Source of the DNA: a virus
Taxonomy: Duplodnaviria; Caudoviricetes
IMG/VR virus record: IMGVR_UViG_3300005512_000026
Coordinates: 588-64,587 of that record
Length of the DNA: 64,000 bases
Reading direction: 5' to 3' (one strand)
Below, piece after piece: positions 1 through 10,373 of the stretch (position 1 is its first letter; the number at the start of each line of letters is the position of its first letter). The notes under the pieces are model-generated. The model was not told the origin of the DNA and ran no database searches. It saw only the letters and a list, made by a program, of their open reading frames with translations. A program made the translations under genes and the position numbers.

Positions 1-3000
1 AACGTATCTACGAAGGCTGGGCGTGAGAGTCTTCGGGCTGTGTCGTCTACCCCTGCCGCTGTAGGCAAGGTGGCTAACTTCGCAGATTTCGGAGATGTCT
101 CACGCTCAGTTGATCGTTTGAACGACACTGCTGTTCGTGACTTCATAAAGACCAAAGTTCCAGAACGATTCAAGGGCGCTGTCACAGCCACTCTCAGTGT
201 TGTAAACCCAGTGCGTGTAGTTGACGGAACTCGCGCCGCAGCCAAGGCAATGATTGTCAACGCTAAAGGTCTTGACCAGATAGAGAAGCAATCAGAACTT
301 ACTCTCAGTCTGTTTTTCCGCAGACTACAAAACTCCGGTACTGGAATCGTTGACGATATATCCGAGACAACTGAGAAGGTTACAGGCTTTGTTCCGTCTA
401 CTGGCAAGGTGGAAGGCAAGGCGTTCAGTGTAGGCCCGAACGGGCGAATACTGAATACCGGCGTTGAAGCTATTGATTCAGGTATCAACGGTCAAAACTG
501 GACTTGGAACGAAGTTTTCCAGAACTTGTTTGCAGACATAAACCGTACATCTATTCGTAAACAGTTCGGTGGCGGAAACATTGGTATCTGGGATGAAGGC
601 GCTGGAAAGTATGTTCCAGATGAATCCATTGGCAATGATGTGCCAATAAGGGCTGCTAGGGCTGGCGGTGATGTGCCGTTTGAGCGTGTAGTTGATGATT
701 TTGCGAACTCTCTTTCTGAAAATAGTAGCCTTGCCCACCTAGAGTACATATCGAACAACCTTGTCCCCGATGCGAACACCATTTCCGAATGGCAACAGTC
801 TTCTGCATCACTGCGAAAGCATTTGCTATCTCTCTCCGATGATGGAGAGACGGTTGTTGCTTACCGATCAAGCCCTAATATTGCAAATCAAGAACTTGAA
901 TCATGGACGCTTGATCGTTCTAGGGCACAAATGTTCTCAAACTTGCACTCTCAGGGGCAGTTGCCCATTAGGGAAGAGCGAATTTTAATTGATGACGTTG
1001 TTGCGCCAGGTGCTGCAATGGATTCTGAGTTAATCGTTCGTCGATCTCAACCTAGGAGTGGTCTTAGAGTCGGCGGCACAGTAGACCCAGTAAAAGCATT
1101 TGATGCAAACACAGCAGAACTGGCATCTTATGTACGTCACTTCCAAGACTCTACAGACTCACTGTTGCACGAATACATGCACAAGTCTGGGAAAGTCATA
1201 AAAACAACAGACAAACTGGACGACGCAGCCGCACGGTATGTTCCTCGTCGCCCAGACGGTCTATCTGTATATGACGATGTTCATATCGCCAATGACTCTC
1301 GCCCAACAGGAGCATCACGAACTCCGGGTAAAAAGCCACGAGCGCAACAAGAACGAAGTCTGCGTGATGATGAAGTGCGACAACTCGTAGATTCTGGTGA
1401 ATATTCTCTTACGACTCCAGAGCGGACGTTGATTGAACATGCTCGTGACATGAACAAAGCAGCATGGGATGAGCAGCTTCGCAAGTACATGCAAGCAGAG
1501 TCAAAGCGTCCTGACAGCGGAATTTTGGATATTGGTACTAGTCAGAAAAAAGCAAAGGCTGCTATCAACCGTCTAAAGACAGGGAAAACTAAAACTCTAC
1601 AGCCGAAGACTATATCTGCAATAGAAGAACATCTTCCAGAAACAGCGAAGATTCTGCGACGTGCAAGTGCAGCCGGTGACGATATTGGGCGCACTCAGCA
1701 AATACTAGAAGATGCTACTGCCATCCTGAAGCAAGACGTAGAAACCCTTGGCGACAAGATGTACATACCTACTCGTGGTGGTGCGGTTTCAGGTCGTGCT
1801 GCTGCGAACCCATCTGTTATCCCGCCTCGTGACCGAATGCCTGCGTACACAGGGTTCTTGTTCGAGAGTCACGATGAAGTAAAAGCGCTAATCAACAGAG
1901 CGTATCCAGGCGAAAACCTGAACACTATCGGCAACTTCAACAAGGTTCTTGCTGAGACTGGCGACCTAATGCGTGTCGGTCGAACTGGTTTCGACTTCGG
2001 TTTCTGGATGATTCATGGTCTACCAACTCTAGGACTTGCCGCTTCTAAGACAGTGACCAACCCTAAACTTGGCGCTCGCATGATGGCTTCTTGGGGGAAG
2101 GCTGTAAGAGAAGCAGGGCGTGCAATGGTCGATAACGACCGCATGTTGCTATCACTTGCTGACGATGCGGACATTGTGAACGAAGCAATCGGTAACGGGC
2201 TTCAAGTATCACGAACGTCTACTGACGTGTTCCAAGCAATTCAAAATGGAACGATACTCGCGAAGGCTGGCCCTGTTGGTAGAGCAGCGGACAAGTTGTT
2301 CACTAAGGCAGCGCAGCCGTTTGAAAGCGCATTCGTCGCTCCTGGTGATTACATTCGTATCCAGTATTACAAGGCAATGCGTCCGTCCGCAGCGCTGAAA
2401 GGGCAAGAGGGCTTAGAAGAACTAGCGTCTACCCTGAACAACATGACCGGAGCATTGTCATCATCTGCGCTCGGTATCAATCCAAACTTGCAGCAATTAG
2501 AACGTGGAATCCTATTCTTCTCACCTCGTTACACACGAGCGTCACTTGCTCTTCTAGCCGATGTATTCAAGGGCGGAGTTGCAGGAAGTATGGCGCGCCA
2601 GTCGATGATTGGAATGCTTGGTCTTGGAATGCTTTCGTACCTGATTATGGTGGAAACCAAGAAGGCTGCTGGAGGCAAGCAGGACTACCATCTTGACCCG
2701 TCTAAATCCAGTTTTATGACCATTGATATTGGTGGCGACAAGATTGGATTCGGTGGCTTCTGGACTCAGTTCGCTAAATTGTCCTCTAAGTTAGCATCGC
2801 TATCATGGGATGAGGACGCAAGAGAAGGATTCCTTACAGACGATGTTGCAAGAAAGAACCCTCTTATCAGGTGGGTGCGTTCTCGTTCAGCGCCAACAGC
2901 CGGTATTGGTTGGGACATTGCGATGGGCGAGGACTTCTTAGGTCGTGATATATCTGGCCCTGCTGACTGGACGCAACACATTGGAAAGCAGTCAATTCCT

Positions 3001-4122
3001 ATCTGGCTAGAATCTAACCTTGCTGCTGACCCGTACAAGACCGGAACTGTTGGTACTGGGCTTGAACTTGTTGGTGGAAGAATCCGCCCACTGTCTTCTT
3101 CTGAACGGCGACGAGACCTGCGTAACAGCATCTCTCAAGACGTATACGGAAAAAACTGGGAAGACTTGAACGGCTTGCAGCGTGACCGCATTAATGCTGG
3201 TGACGTGCCAATGGCTCCTGCCGAGTTCGAGGAATTGCAGCGTTTAAATCAAGCAATACTCGATGAAGGTGTGGCGCGTGGTGATGAAGAAGATATTGTC
3301 ATTGAGAAGTACCACCGCCGTCACCAGAACATTGAGGACGAGTGGAACGACCAACTCAAAGAAGGTATTGATCTACTTACCTCGCACCCTGAAGTAATGG
3401 ACTTGCGTAAGTTCCGTGAGATGTATTTGTCTAACGCAAACGCAATCCGCCGTTCACGGCTTGAAGAGTTGAATGACCCAGAAGGAGAGTTCGCCGTTGC
3501 GATTACCTACTTTGAGGAAACCGCTGAGAAGTTTGGCGAAGAGCGCCCAGAAGACATTGCCTACAACGAATATGTCACCGACATCCTGGCGACTGACGAT
3601 TTCGATAAACCGACCGGCTTTGATTACGAAGCCAGAGACATTGCCGTTACTAACTTCCAAAAGAAGTGGGGCAACGAAGTCTACGCCTATGTTCAAGAAA
3701 GATTTGCTACGGGGCGCAATATCCCTGCGCTTGTCAACGAGTTCTGGCAAGGACGATCAAGATTTGAATACTACTGGCGCGACGTAGACGATGCGGTTCT
3801 CGGCTCGATGGCTAACGCTAACGTGTTAGAGCCAGCATATCGAGAATGGAAAGATGCCAGTGCAAATAGGCGTAAAGAGTTAGAACAAGAGACTCCTTCG
3901 TTGAAAACGTTCCTATCTAAACTGTCTCGTGTACGGGTTGCAATGCGTGAGCAAGACCCACTATTAGACGCATGGTTGTTCCGTTGGGGTTACACCGACA
4001 CTATGCGTCATTCACAGAACGCTGTTGCTCCAGATGGAGTAGACGATGCTCGCGACTTCTGGCGAGACCCACAGGTAAAACCCCTTGAAACATTCGGCAT
4101 TCAAAGTGGCATTGTTATTTGA
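1..4122 (+). CDS. Large virion/ejection (polyvalent-type) protein of phage X, 5'-truncated; ART-like domain near 847-1044 and LPD38-like region in the C-terminal third
   Basis: Frame open from base 1 with no stop before 40; >1360 aa; helical; lies beside scaffold/capsid; YR...SWT...SE motif; LPD38-like 'RSRSAPTAGIGWDIAMGEDFLGRDI'. Confidence 0.6.
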   Translation, partial: NVSTKAGRESLRAVSSTPAAVGKVANFADFGDVSRSVDRLNDTAVRDFIKTKVPERFKGAVTATLSVVNPVRVVDGTRAAAKAMIVNAKGLDQIEKQSELTLSLFFRRLQNSGTGIVDDISETTEKVTGFVPSTGKVEGKAFSVGPNGRILNTGVEAIDSGINGQNWTWNEVFQNLFADINRTSIRKQFGGGNIGIWDEGAGKYVPDESIGNDVPIRAARAGGDVPFERVVDDFANSLSENSSLAHLEYISNNLVPDANTISEWQQSSASLRKHLLSLSDDGETVVAYRSSPNIANQELESWTLDRSRAQMFSNLHSQGQLPIREERILIDDVVAPGAAMDSELIVRRSQPRSGLRVGGTVDPVKAFDANTAELASYVRHFQDSTDSLLHEYMHKSGKVIKTTDKLDDAAARYVPRRPDGLSVYDDVHIANDSRPTGASRTPGKKPRAQQERSLRDDEVRQLVDSGEYSLTTPERTLIEHARDMNKAAWDEQLRKYMQAESKRPDSGILDIGTSQKKAKAAINRLKTGKTKTLQPKTISAIEEHLPETAKILRRASAAGDDIGRTQQILEDATAILKQDVETLGDKMYIPTRGGAVSGRAAANPSVIPPRDRMPAYTGFLFESHDEVKALINRAYPGENLNTIGNFNKVLAETGDLMRVGRTGFDFGFWMIHGLPTLGLAASKTVTNPKLGARMMASWGKAVREAGRAMVDNDRMLLSLADDADIVNEAIGNGLQVSRTSTDVFQAIQNGTILAKAGPVGRAADKLFTKAAQPFESAFVAPGDYIRIQYYKAMRPSAALKGQEGLEELASTLNNMTGALSSSALGINPNLQQLERGILFFSPRYTRASLALLADVFKGGVAGSMARQSMIGMLGLGMLSYLIMVETKKAAGGKQDYHLDPSKSSFMTIDIGGDKIGFGGFWTQFAKLSSKLASLSWDEDAREGFLTDDVARKNPLIRWVRSRSAPTAGIGWDIAMGEDFLGRDISGPADWTQHIGKQSIPIWLESNLAADPYKTGTVGTGLELVGGRIRPLSSSERRRDLRNSISQDVYGKNWEDLNGLQRDRINAGDVPMAPAEFEELQRLNQAILDEGVARGDEEDIVIEKYHRRHQNIEDEWNDQLKEGIDLLTSHPEVMDLRKFREMYLSNANAIRRSRLEELNDPEGEFAVAITYFEETAEKFGEERPEDIAYNEYVTDILATDDFDKPTGFDYEARDIAVTNFQKKWGNEVYAYVQERFATGRNIPALVNEFWQGRSRFEYYWRDVDDAVLGSMANANVLEPAYREWKDASANRRKELEQETPSLKTFLSKLSRVRVAMREQDPLLDAWLFRWGYTDTMRHSQNAVAPDGVDDARDFWRDPQVKPLETFGIQSGIVI

Positions 4123-4189
4123 CGTGCCACTTAGGGTTATGCGTAAATACAGTCAGTAAAAATCTTTCGGGATTAGAGGTTTAGGCCCA

Positions 4190-4975
4190 ATGACAATGAA
4201 AAACGAAGTTTCGGCTTCACCAGATGAGGCAGCTATCGCCGCTGAAGTTTCGGCTAATAACGCAGCAGAACAGCAGCCAAAAGAGGGAACGGAAGAACAG
4301 TCCGCTCCTGAACCAACTCAGGGAGTCACCCTCCAAGACCTTGAGAACGCTTTAAGTCGTGTCGAGAAAACAGTAATTGGACGTAACAATAACTGGAACG
4401 CCCAACAAATGGCTCAGATCAAGACCAGTGTTCAATCGCAGCTAGACGAGGCTCTTGCCCCTATTCGGGACATGGCTTCTAAAATCGAGCAGCGTCAAGT
4501 AGAGGAAATGGAACCTGAAGAACAGGTCGAGTATTGGAAAAAGAAGGCAAGCACTCCAGCGCCAGCCCCTACGCCTCAGCCGCAACAGCAGCAACAGGTT
4601 GAGTGGTCGGACGGAGACCGCCTTCGTATAGCAACTGAAGTACAACAGTATGCCGACGCTAATAAAGTCGGGGTTTCGTACCTCGACTCTAAGGTTTGGC
4701 AGAACACGACTACTGCAATGCCTGTCGATCAATTGATTCAGATAGCAAAGCAGAACATCGACGGAATGAAGGGCGCTACTCCAACACCTCAAGCACCTCC
4801 GGTTCAGGCGCAAGCTGCGACACCAACACCTCCCCCTTCCACTCAAGGCGCGTCTGAGGGCGGTTCCGTTACTTACGGCTCTCGCACCGAAGCAAATCAA
4901 GCGCTTCTGAATGGAGACATAGCAAACATAGACGAGTGGACAGCTATCGGCAAAGCCGAAGGCTGGCTCAAGTAA
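4190..4975 (+). CDS. Capsid scaffolding protein (phage X)
   Basis: 261 aa, acidic, coiled-coil with P/Q-rich linkers, directly upstream of capsid gene. Confidence 0.7.
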   Translation: MTMKNEVSASPDEAAIAAEVSANNAAEQQPKEGTEEQSAPEPTQGVTLQDLENALSRVEKTVIGRNNNWNAQQMAQIKTSVQSQLDEALAPIRDMASKIEQRQVEEMEPEEQVEYWKKKASTPAPAPTPQPQQQQQVEWSDGDRLRIATEVQQYADANKVGVSYLDSKVWQNTTTAMPVDQLIQIAKQNIDGMKGATPTPQAPPVQAQAATPTPPPSTQGASEGGSVTYGSRTEANQALLNGDIANIDEWTAIGKAEGWLK

Positions 4976-4990
4976 TAAAGGCTTAGAACA

Positions 4991-5896
4991 ATGGCTGAAG
5001 GTCTTACCCTTTCAAGTTCATCTAACCTGTCTGATATGTCGCTCACCGTAGTCGCTCCTGCGATTGCGAACGTAGAACCAGCAGGCCCTACGGCTTCACT
5101 GGTAACTCGATATGACCTTGCTCAAGGCGAGAAGCAGAAGAACATCCCTCTCTGGGGTCGATTGACTGCTGCTGCTTTGACTGAGGGTGTCGAGATCAAC
5201 GCTGCCCAGCAGGTAACTGTCACTGTTCGTAACGTGACTGCTTCCGAGCATGGTGTGTTGACGTTCGTATCCCGCGTACTGGAGCGAGAAAACTCGGAAG
5301 ATGTTCTTTCTGAGGTTGGAATGATGCAGGGTCTTGCCCTCGGACGACTTCGGGAGTCCGATCTGGTGACTCTGTTTGACTCCGTAACGGGTCTCTCAAT
5401 TCCAGGCGCAGGCGAGAACATTACATTCCCTGACATCGCCGGTGCTGTTGCATACATGCAGACAGACAACAACTCGTCATTTGGCCCAGCGCCAGGTGGC
5501 ACAATCAACGCTGTTCTTCACCCAGAGCAGATTCGCCGACTTGTAGAAGAGGACGCAGGTATTCAGGCAGGTGGTACTGTCATGTCTGCTGGCGCTCGCC
5601 CATCAGGGCCTTCTGAAGAAGTCATCACGAACTACTGGCGTGGACAGGAAAAGCGTTTTGGTGTCCAGATTTGGTCATCGGGAATCATCGCACGAGATGG
5701 TTCTGGTGACGCGAAGGGCGCAATCTTCTCACCACAGGCGTTCGCGCTCTGCATGGCTCAGGAGATTGAAGCCGACGACGACAAGGACATCCGCTCCCGA
5801 GGTACTGACATCGTAACTGTCGGTGTCTGGGGTGAAACTGAAATCGTGGACGAGTGGGCTGTTGAGGCTTACTCTGCCGCAGACGTAGTTAGCTAA
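4991..5896 (+). CDS. Major capsid protein, HK97 fold (phage X)
   Basis: 301 aa; 'LTAAALTEG', 'AVLHPEQ', 'GAIFSPQAFAL...IEADDD' layout typical of HK97-fold capsids; position after scaffold. Confidence 0.8.
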   Translation: MAEGLTLSSSSNLSDMSLTVVAPAIANVEPAGPTASLVTRYDLAQGEKQKNIPLWGRLTAAALTEGVEINAAQQVTVTVRNVTASEHGVLTFVSRVLERENSEDVLSEVGMMQGLALGRLRESDLVTLFDSVTGLSIPGAGENITFPDIAGAVAYMQTDNNSSFGPAPGGTINAVLHPEQIRRLVEEDAGIQAGGTVMSAGARPSGPSEEVITNYWRGQEKRFGVQIWSSGIIARDGSGDAKGAIFSPQAFALCMAQEIEADDDKDIRSRGTDIVTVGVWGETEIVDEWAVEAYSAADVVS

Positions 5897-5902
5897 AGAC
5901 TT

Positions 5903-6352
5903 ATGACTACTGAGACACAAAGCTGGATAGAGGAGCAGGCGCAGCAGGGTAATTCAATTGCCCAGACTGACCGTGGACTTGCTGCTGGTGACAACTATGC
6001 GATTGCCCGTATGTCAGAAACAGAGGATGATTACATCATTCTGTATGACACCAAAGACGGACACCCGCTTAGAGTTCCAATGGCAGACCGGCAGTACATG
6101 CTTGCCAAAATGCTCCCGTTAAATCCAAAAGAGCGCGTCTCTTGGTTCAAGAACCCGAACGGGCGTGGGCTATATCAGTCCGCACCCAGCGGTGTTCGAC
6201 CTGCATATTCTGAGACTCCGCCTGTGCTAGATCAGCAACCGGAAGCTGTTGCTTCGGGCAAATCCAGTTCGGTCGCTCCTACTGGACAAGCCAAAACTGT
6301 TCGGCGCAGACGTAAACGTGGGAAACGCGGCGGTAGAAAGGTTCCATCGTAG
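5903..6352 (+). CDS. Hypothetical protein with Arg/Lys-rich C-terminus
   Basis: 149 aa ORF in tightly packed operon. Confidence 0.6.
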   Translation: MTTETQSWIEEQAQQGNSIAQTDRGLAAGDNYAIARMSETEDDYIILYDTKDGHPLRVPMADRQYMLAKMLPLNPKERVSWFKNPNGRGLYQSAPSGVRPAYSETPPVLDQQPEAVASGKSSSVAPTGQAKTVRRRRKRGKRGGRKVPS

Positions 6353-6849
6353 TGGTATTAGCAAACAATCATTCCAAGCCTCCTATGGAAGTTATGAAGG
6401 CAGCGGCGGAATCGTTGCGAGACTTGTCTCGTTCATCGAGTTCGTTCAAAGTCATTCTTGACGACATAGAGGGCCGTTTCGGCGATATAGAAGCAGCGCT
6501 TCTTAAACTGGATTTTGTATCGGCTGATTCCGCATACCTGCTTCAACCGCAGAAGGATGGTACTTATCAACCTGTCGTCCGCAACGTCCGACCCGGGCAA
6601 CTCGCCACCGCACTAGAGCGCGGTTTTCTTCCTGTAGCGCTGTCCACCTTTGAGGAGGCACAAGCAGCTTCGGAAGATCGCACGAATTCTGGTGAGAGCG
6701 AAGTTAGTCAGGCGGAGTCGCAGCCTTCGGGCGAACGTCAAGTTCGGAAACGAAAACCTCGACCGTTCAAATGTTCTCAGTGTCCAACGTCAACAACTAG
6801 CGAACGACGACTGAATATCCACATAAGCAAGAAACACGGAGACTCCTAA
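6352..6849 (+). CDS. Hypothetical protein with C-terminal C2H2 zinc finger
   Basis: CSQC-x12-HISKKH = C-x2-C-x12-H-x4-H. Confidence 0.65.
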   Translation: MVLANNHSKPPMEVMKAAAESLRDLSRSSSSFKVILDDIEGRFGDIEAALLKLDFVSADSAYLLQPQKDGTYQPVVRNVRPGQLATALERGFLPVALSTFEEAQAASEDRTNSGESEVSQAESQPSGERQVRKRKPRPFKCSQCPTSTTSERRLNIHISKKHGDS

Positions 6850-7173
6850 ATGAGTATCGGAATCCCTCGCATCCGAGATGCGAACACTGAGACTCTTACT
6901 GGGACTAAAACTCTGACTGCTGCTGATGCATATCACCAGAACCTAGACCCAGGCGGGTCGGCTCGAACTGTGGTACTACCATCAGGCACAGGCACTCAGG
7001 GTGGTGCAGTGCTTATTACCAACGCAGCCGATGCTGCTGAAGCAATTACTGTTCAACAGAGCGACGCATCTACAACGTGCATCGTGATTGATCAGGGTGA
7101 ATCAGCCCGAATCGAATGCAACGGCGTTAGTGCCGCTGCTGGATGGCAGGCTGTTGGTATCACTGAGTCCTAA
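6850..7173 (+). CDS. Putative virion decoration/head-fibre protein
   Basis: 107 aa, G/A/T-rich beta-type composition, in head module. Confidence 0.45.
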   Translation: MSIGIPRIRDANTETLTGTKTLTAADAYHQNLDPGGSARTVVLPSGTGTQGGAVLITNAADAAEAITVQQSDASTTCIVIDQGESARIECNGVSAAAGWQAVGITES

Positions 7174-7186
7174 ACAAGACTCTTAG

Positions 7187-7222
7187 GGGGCAGGGCTTCG
7201 GCTCTGCCCCAACTCTTTTATT
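7187..7222 (+). terminator. Rho-independent terminator-like hairpin
   Basis: GGGGCAGGGC-TTCG-GCTCTGCCCC followed by a T-rich tract. Confidence 0.75.
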
Positions 7223-7273
7223 TACCAGCGCAGTGCGTTGCAAGGAAGCGGAACGCACAAACCGGAGGCAGTT

Positions 7274-7687
7274 ATGCCTAAACTAAACTCAATAGACCCC
7301 ATCGAATTTGTAGGCCCTGCTGCCGTGACAGTTCGAGCTGGTCGAAACACAGAAATCCTTACTGTAGTAGACGATAATTCTCAGGACATGACGTTGGCAG
7401 CAGCCGACATTCTTGCAGGAATCAATGTCCACACTTCAGCAACAGGTGCTGGCACAGTCACCACAGATACAGCGGCAAACATTATTGCTGGTGTACCTCT
7501 GGGAAAAGACAATGAATCCATCACCAGTTATTACATCAACGACGGAACCCAAACGGTTACTTTTGCTGGTGGAACTGGTGTCACTGTTGCAGATACAGGA
7601 AACACGATTCTGACTAACGAAGCAGCGGTACTGGTATGGCGGAGAACATCTGCTACAGCCGTTACTCTGTACATTGTTAGCAGTTAG
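7274..7687 (+). CDS. Putative virion decoration protein
   Basis: ATG 7274 with GGAGG upstream; 137 aa, T/A/G-rich. Confidence 0.5.
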   Translation: MPKLNSIDPIEFVGPAAVTVRAGRNTEILTVVDDNSQDMTLAAADILAGINVHTSATGAGTVTTDTAANIIAGVPLGKDNESITSYYINDGTQTVTFAGGTGVTVADTGNTILTNEAAVLVWRRTSATAVTLYIVSS

Positions 7688-7697
7688 CACATAAACT

Positions 7698-7729
7698 GTG
7701 GGGGAGAGGGAGCAATTCTTCTCCCTCAC
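7698..7729 (+). other. 14-bp GNRA-capped hairpin in intergenic space
   Basis: GTGGGGGAGAGGGA-GCAA-TTCTTCTCCCTCAC pairs fully with G:U wobbles. Confidence 0.55.
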
Positions 7730-7754
7730 TACATACTTGAAGAAGAGGTCACAG

Positions 7755-8597
7755 ATGCCCACTCAGACAATTGGAGCGGTGGATAACGAAGTCAGGCTGG
7801 CTGGATATGTAGCCGGTGGACTAGCCGCAACTACCACTGTAAAAACCACAGGTCTCCCCAAAGGTACACGAAACCTTTACCTGTCCTGCCACAATCTCTC
7901 AACGGCTACCGTTGTGGAGTACGCACTAAACTCTTGGCTCACAGTTCTTGTGACTCAGGATGGCGGGGCAACATTTACTGATTACTCAGAAGAAGCCCAG
8001 AACGACCCTGGAACTGCTGACGATATTAGTCTCGACTCACTGAATACGCTTGCTAACGGAGACGCTATCTTCCTTGGCTCGCACTTGCCGTTCCGTGGCG
8101 TTCAGATAGACGTAGAGGCAGCCAACAGTACAACCAACACCTTGACGGCTGATTACTACAACGGCACTACGTGGGTTGACTTGGACGAAACAGACGGCAC
8201 TGCATCTGGTGGTGTTTCACTTGCACAAGACGGTGCTATCACGTTTGCTTCAGTCCCTGCCGCATGGGTAGCAGCCCCTCTCAGAGACGTAATGGCTAAG
8301 GACAACGAACCGTTCAAGCCAACCTACGTTCAGCCAACAGGCGCACGAGAGCATGTAAGTCCTTTGTACTGGGCAAGACTCAAGGTTGGTACGGCAGCAA
8401 TGGACTCCGACACCACCCTCAACTCGATTCATATTTTGAACAGATCTGAGCGATACGCACAACTTGTGCCTAATCAAGAAAAGGCTCAAGCATTCAAGCG
8501 CGGATTTGGTGGCTTTGGTTCTATTGAGTACAGCACTGACGCTGGTACAGCAGACTTTCTTGCCAACGTAGGAAGCGGGAACGGTTACTTTGGCTAA
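7755..8597 (+). CDS. Virion structural protein
   Basis: ATG 7755 after GAGGT; 280 aa beta-rich; between head and tail genes. Confidence 0.5.
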   Translation: MPTQTIGAVDNEVRLAGYVAGGLAATTTVKTTGLPKGTRNLYLSCHNLSTATVVEYALNSWLTVLVTQDGGATFTDYSEEAQNDPGTADDISLDSLNTLANGDAIFLGSHLPFRGVQIDVEAANSTTNTLTADYYNGTTWVDLDETDGTASGGVSLAQDGAITFASVPAAWVAAPLRDVMAKDNEPFKPTYVQPTGAREHVSPLYWARLKVGTAAMDSDTTLNSIHILNRSERYAQLVPNQEKAQAFKRGFGGFGSIEYSTDAGTADFLANVGSGNGYFG

Positions 8598-9078
8598 ACA
8601 CATCAGGACTACCGTTGAGGCTCCACGTATAGTCACATCTACTGTTGAAGCTCCCGGTGGGATTACCCTCAAGGACGGGCGACGCATTACTGGAACCGTA
8701 GTAATTCCTGATGGGCGTGTCGGTTACGGTGATAAGCAGTCGCACGCTCTCATGGCTGGTGACACTGTAGACCGTGTATCGACAGACTCGACTGCTGGTG
8801 ACAGGGCTTACGAAGAGACCTTGCAGCAGTGGGACGTTGACCCGATGAAGCGCGCTGCTGATGTAAAACTAGCCAAACTGTTCTCAAAGAACCCTGCTGT
8901 CAAGATGTTTTACAACCCAGCGGATAAGACTTGGGATGTTCATTATCTGCACGCAGACGAGAATACTGGCGTTGTAGTTCCTCACAGCAAGAAACTTACT
9001 GATGCCCAAGCGGGTAATCTTTACGAGCAGTATCAAGAGGCACAACTGAAGAAACTTCTTCAGAAACCACAGGAGTAG
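8590..9078 (+). CDS. Hypothetical protein
   Basis: 162 aa ORF overlapping neighbours in operon. Confidence 0.55.
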   Translation: MAKHIRTTVEAPRIVTSTVEAPGGITLKDGRRITGTVVIPDGRVGYGDKQSHALMAGDTVDRVSTDSTAGDRAYEETLQQWDVDPMKRAADVKLAKLFSKNPAVKMFYNPADKTWDVHYLHADENTGVVVPHSKKLTDAQAGNLYEQYQEAQLKKLLQKPQE

Positions 9079-9080
9079 GT

Positions 9081-10373
9081 ATGCCAACAACCACCCTGAA
9101 CACGGCACTTCCTGGATTTGCTCGTCATATAGGCGCGTATATCGGTCAGTTCGCAACGACAACTGACATTGCTGCGTCTACCGCACTTATCTCCACAGAC
9201 ATCACAAACCTCACGGAAGATGATGATGTCTACTCTGATGCCTACGCACGCATCTTGGGAACTAACAATGATGACGTTAGGCGGCGTGTAAACGATCACA
9301 CAGGCGCTACAGGCGCATTAGACCTACTTGGCACTAACCTCACTGCCGAAAGCGGCTCTGTGAACTTCCAGTTATACCGATATGACCCCGATCAGTTGCA
9401 GGACGCACTGAATGATGCGGTAGCAGCGGTGTTCCCTTCTGTGTACCAAGTTGTCTACGACCGAACGCTATACGGTGTACTGGCACAGCGAGAGTACGCA
9501 CGACCTTCTTCTATTCAGCCTGGATATGTCCGCAAGATTTGGGTAGAGAAAAGACTCGACGCTAACTCGTTCGGTGACAACATCGTGAAAGACCTCGACT
9601 GTGATTTCGAGGGAGCGCTCACGGACTGGACTACATCTAATATCACACTAACGGCTGAAGCTGAAACGAACGAACCGGATAACTTGATGGTGTTCGCTGG
9701 CGATCAGTCGGGAAAGATGGTGGTCACAGCATCCAATGTCGGAACAGCTTACCTATCTGCCAACAATCCTACTAATTACGATGGAGAAGAACTCAACGTC
9801 ACCGTCTGGGTCTACTGTCGAACCGCAAGCCGTGTCTCCGCAGCAATCAGTGTGGATAGCGGTACAGCCGTTACCGGAACCACTCATTCTGGAGGTGGCT
9901 GGGAGCGTTTGTCCGTATCCACAAACCTTGGTGCAGTCTCTAGCACAATCGAAGTTGGACTCCATGCTACTTCAGGAACCGCTATCACTTTCTATGCGGA
10001 TGAACTGATTGCAACTGCTGGACGTACAGAGCCGCCTCGACCTTACAGCGATTCACTTCCATACTGGGAAGAACGTGGTGACAACATCTACATTCCATAC
10101 ACCATTGGTACTGGAGACCAGATTCTTGTAGAAGGCATGGGTCTTCTTAGTACGATGACATCTGGGACTGACACTATCGAGATCAACGGCCCTCAACTGG
10201 ACAGGCTGTACGATTACGCAGCACTTGAGTTCTTTGAAGGCCCTGAGATAGACCAGTTCGATGATGAAGAGCAGCGCATTGCACTTCGGAAGTTGACTCA
10301 CTTCAGAAACAAGATCAACTCAGGGCAGGGCTACAAGGCTTCTAAGTCCCGCCGAAAGGTTCCAACCTACTAA
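9081..10373 (+). CDS. Podovirus tail adaptor (tubular protein A-like) with CBM-like insertion
   Basis: Helical N/C parts ('QLQDALNDAVAAVFP', 'LYDYAALEFF') flank a jelly-roll-like insert; precedes nozzle-sized gene. Confidence 0.55.
   Translation: MPTTTLNTALPGFARHIGAYIGQFATTTDIAASTALISTDITNLTEDDDVYSDAYARILGTNNDDVRRRVNDHTGATGALDLLGTNLTAESGSVNFQLYRYDPDQLQDALNDAVAAVFPSVYQVVYDRTLYGVLAQREYARPSSIQPGYVRKIWVEKRLDANSFGDNIVKDLDCDFEGALTDWTTSNITLTAEAETNEPDNLMVFAGDQSGKMVVTASNVGTAYLSANNPTNYDGEELNVTVWVYCRTASRVSAAISVDSGTAVTGTTHSGGGWERLSVSTNLGAVSSTIEVGLHATSGTAITFYADELIATAGRTEPPRPYSDSLPYWEERGDNIYIPYTIGTGDQILVEGMGLLSTMTSGTDTIEINGPQLDRLYDYAALEFFEGPEIDQFDDEEQRIALRKLTHFRNKINSGQGYKASKSRRKVPTY

Noticed and set aside
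5903-6352. Tat signal in the RRRRKR tract
   Set aside because: Located at the C-terminus with no FLK or hydrophobic region; more likely nucleic-acid binding.
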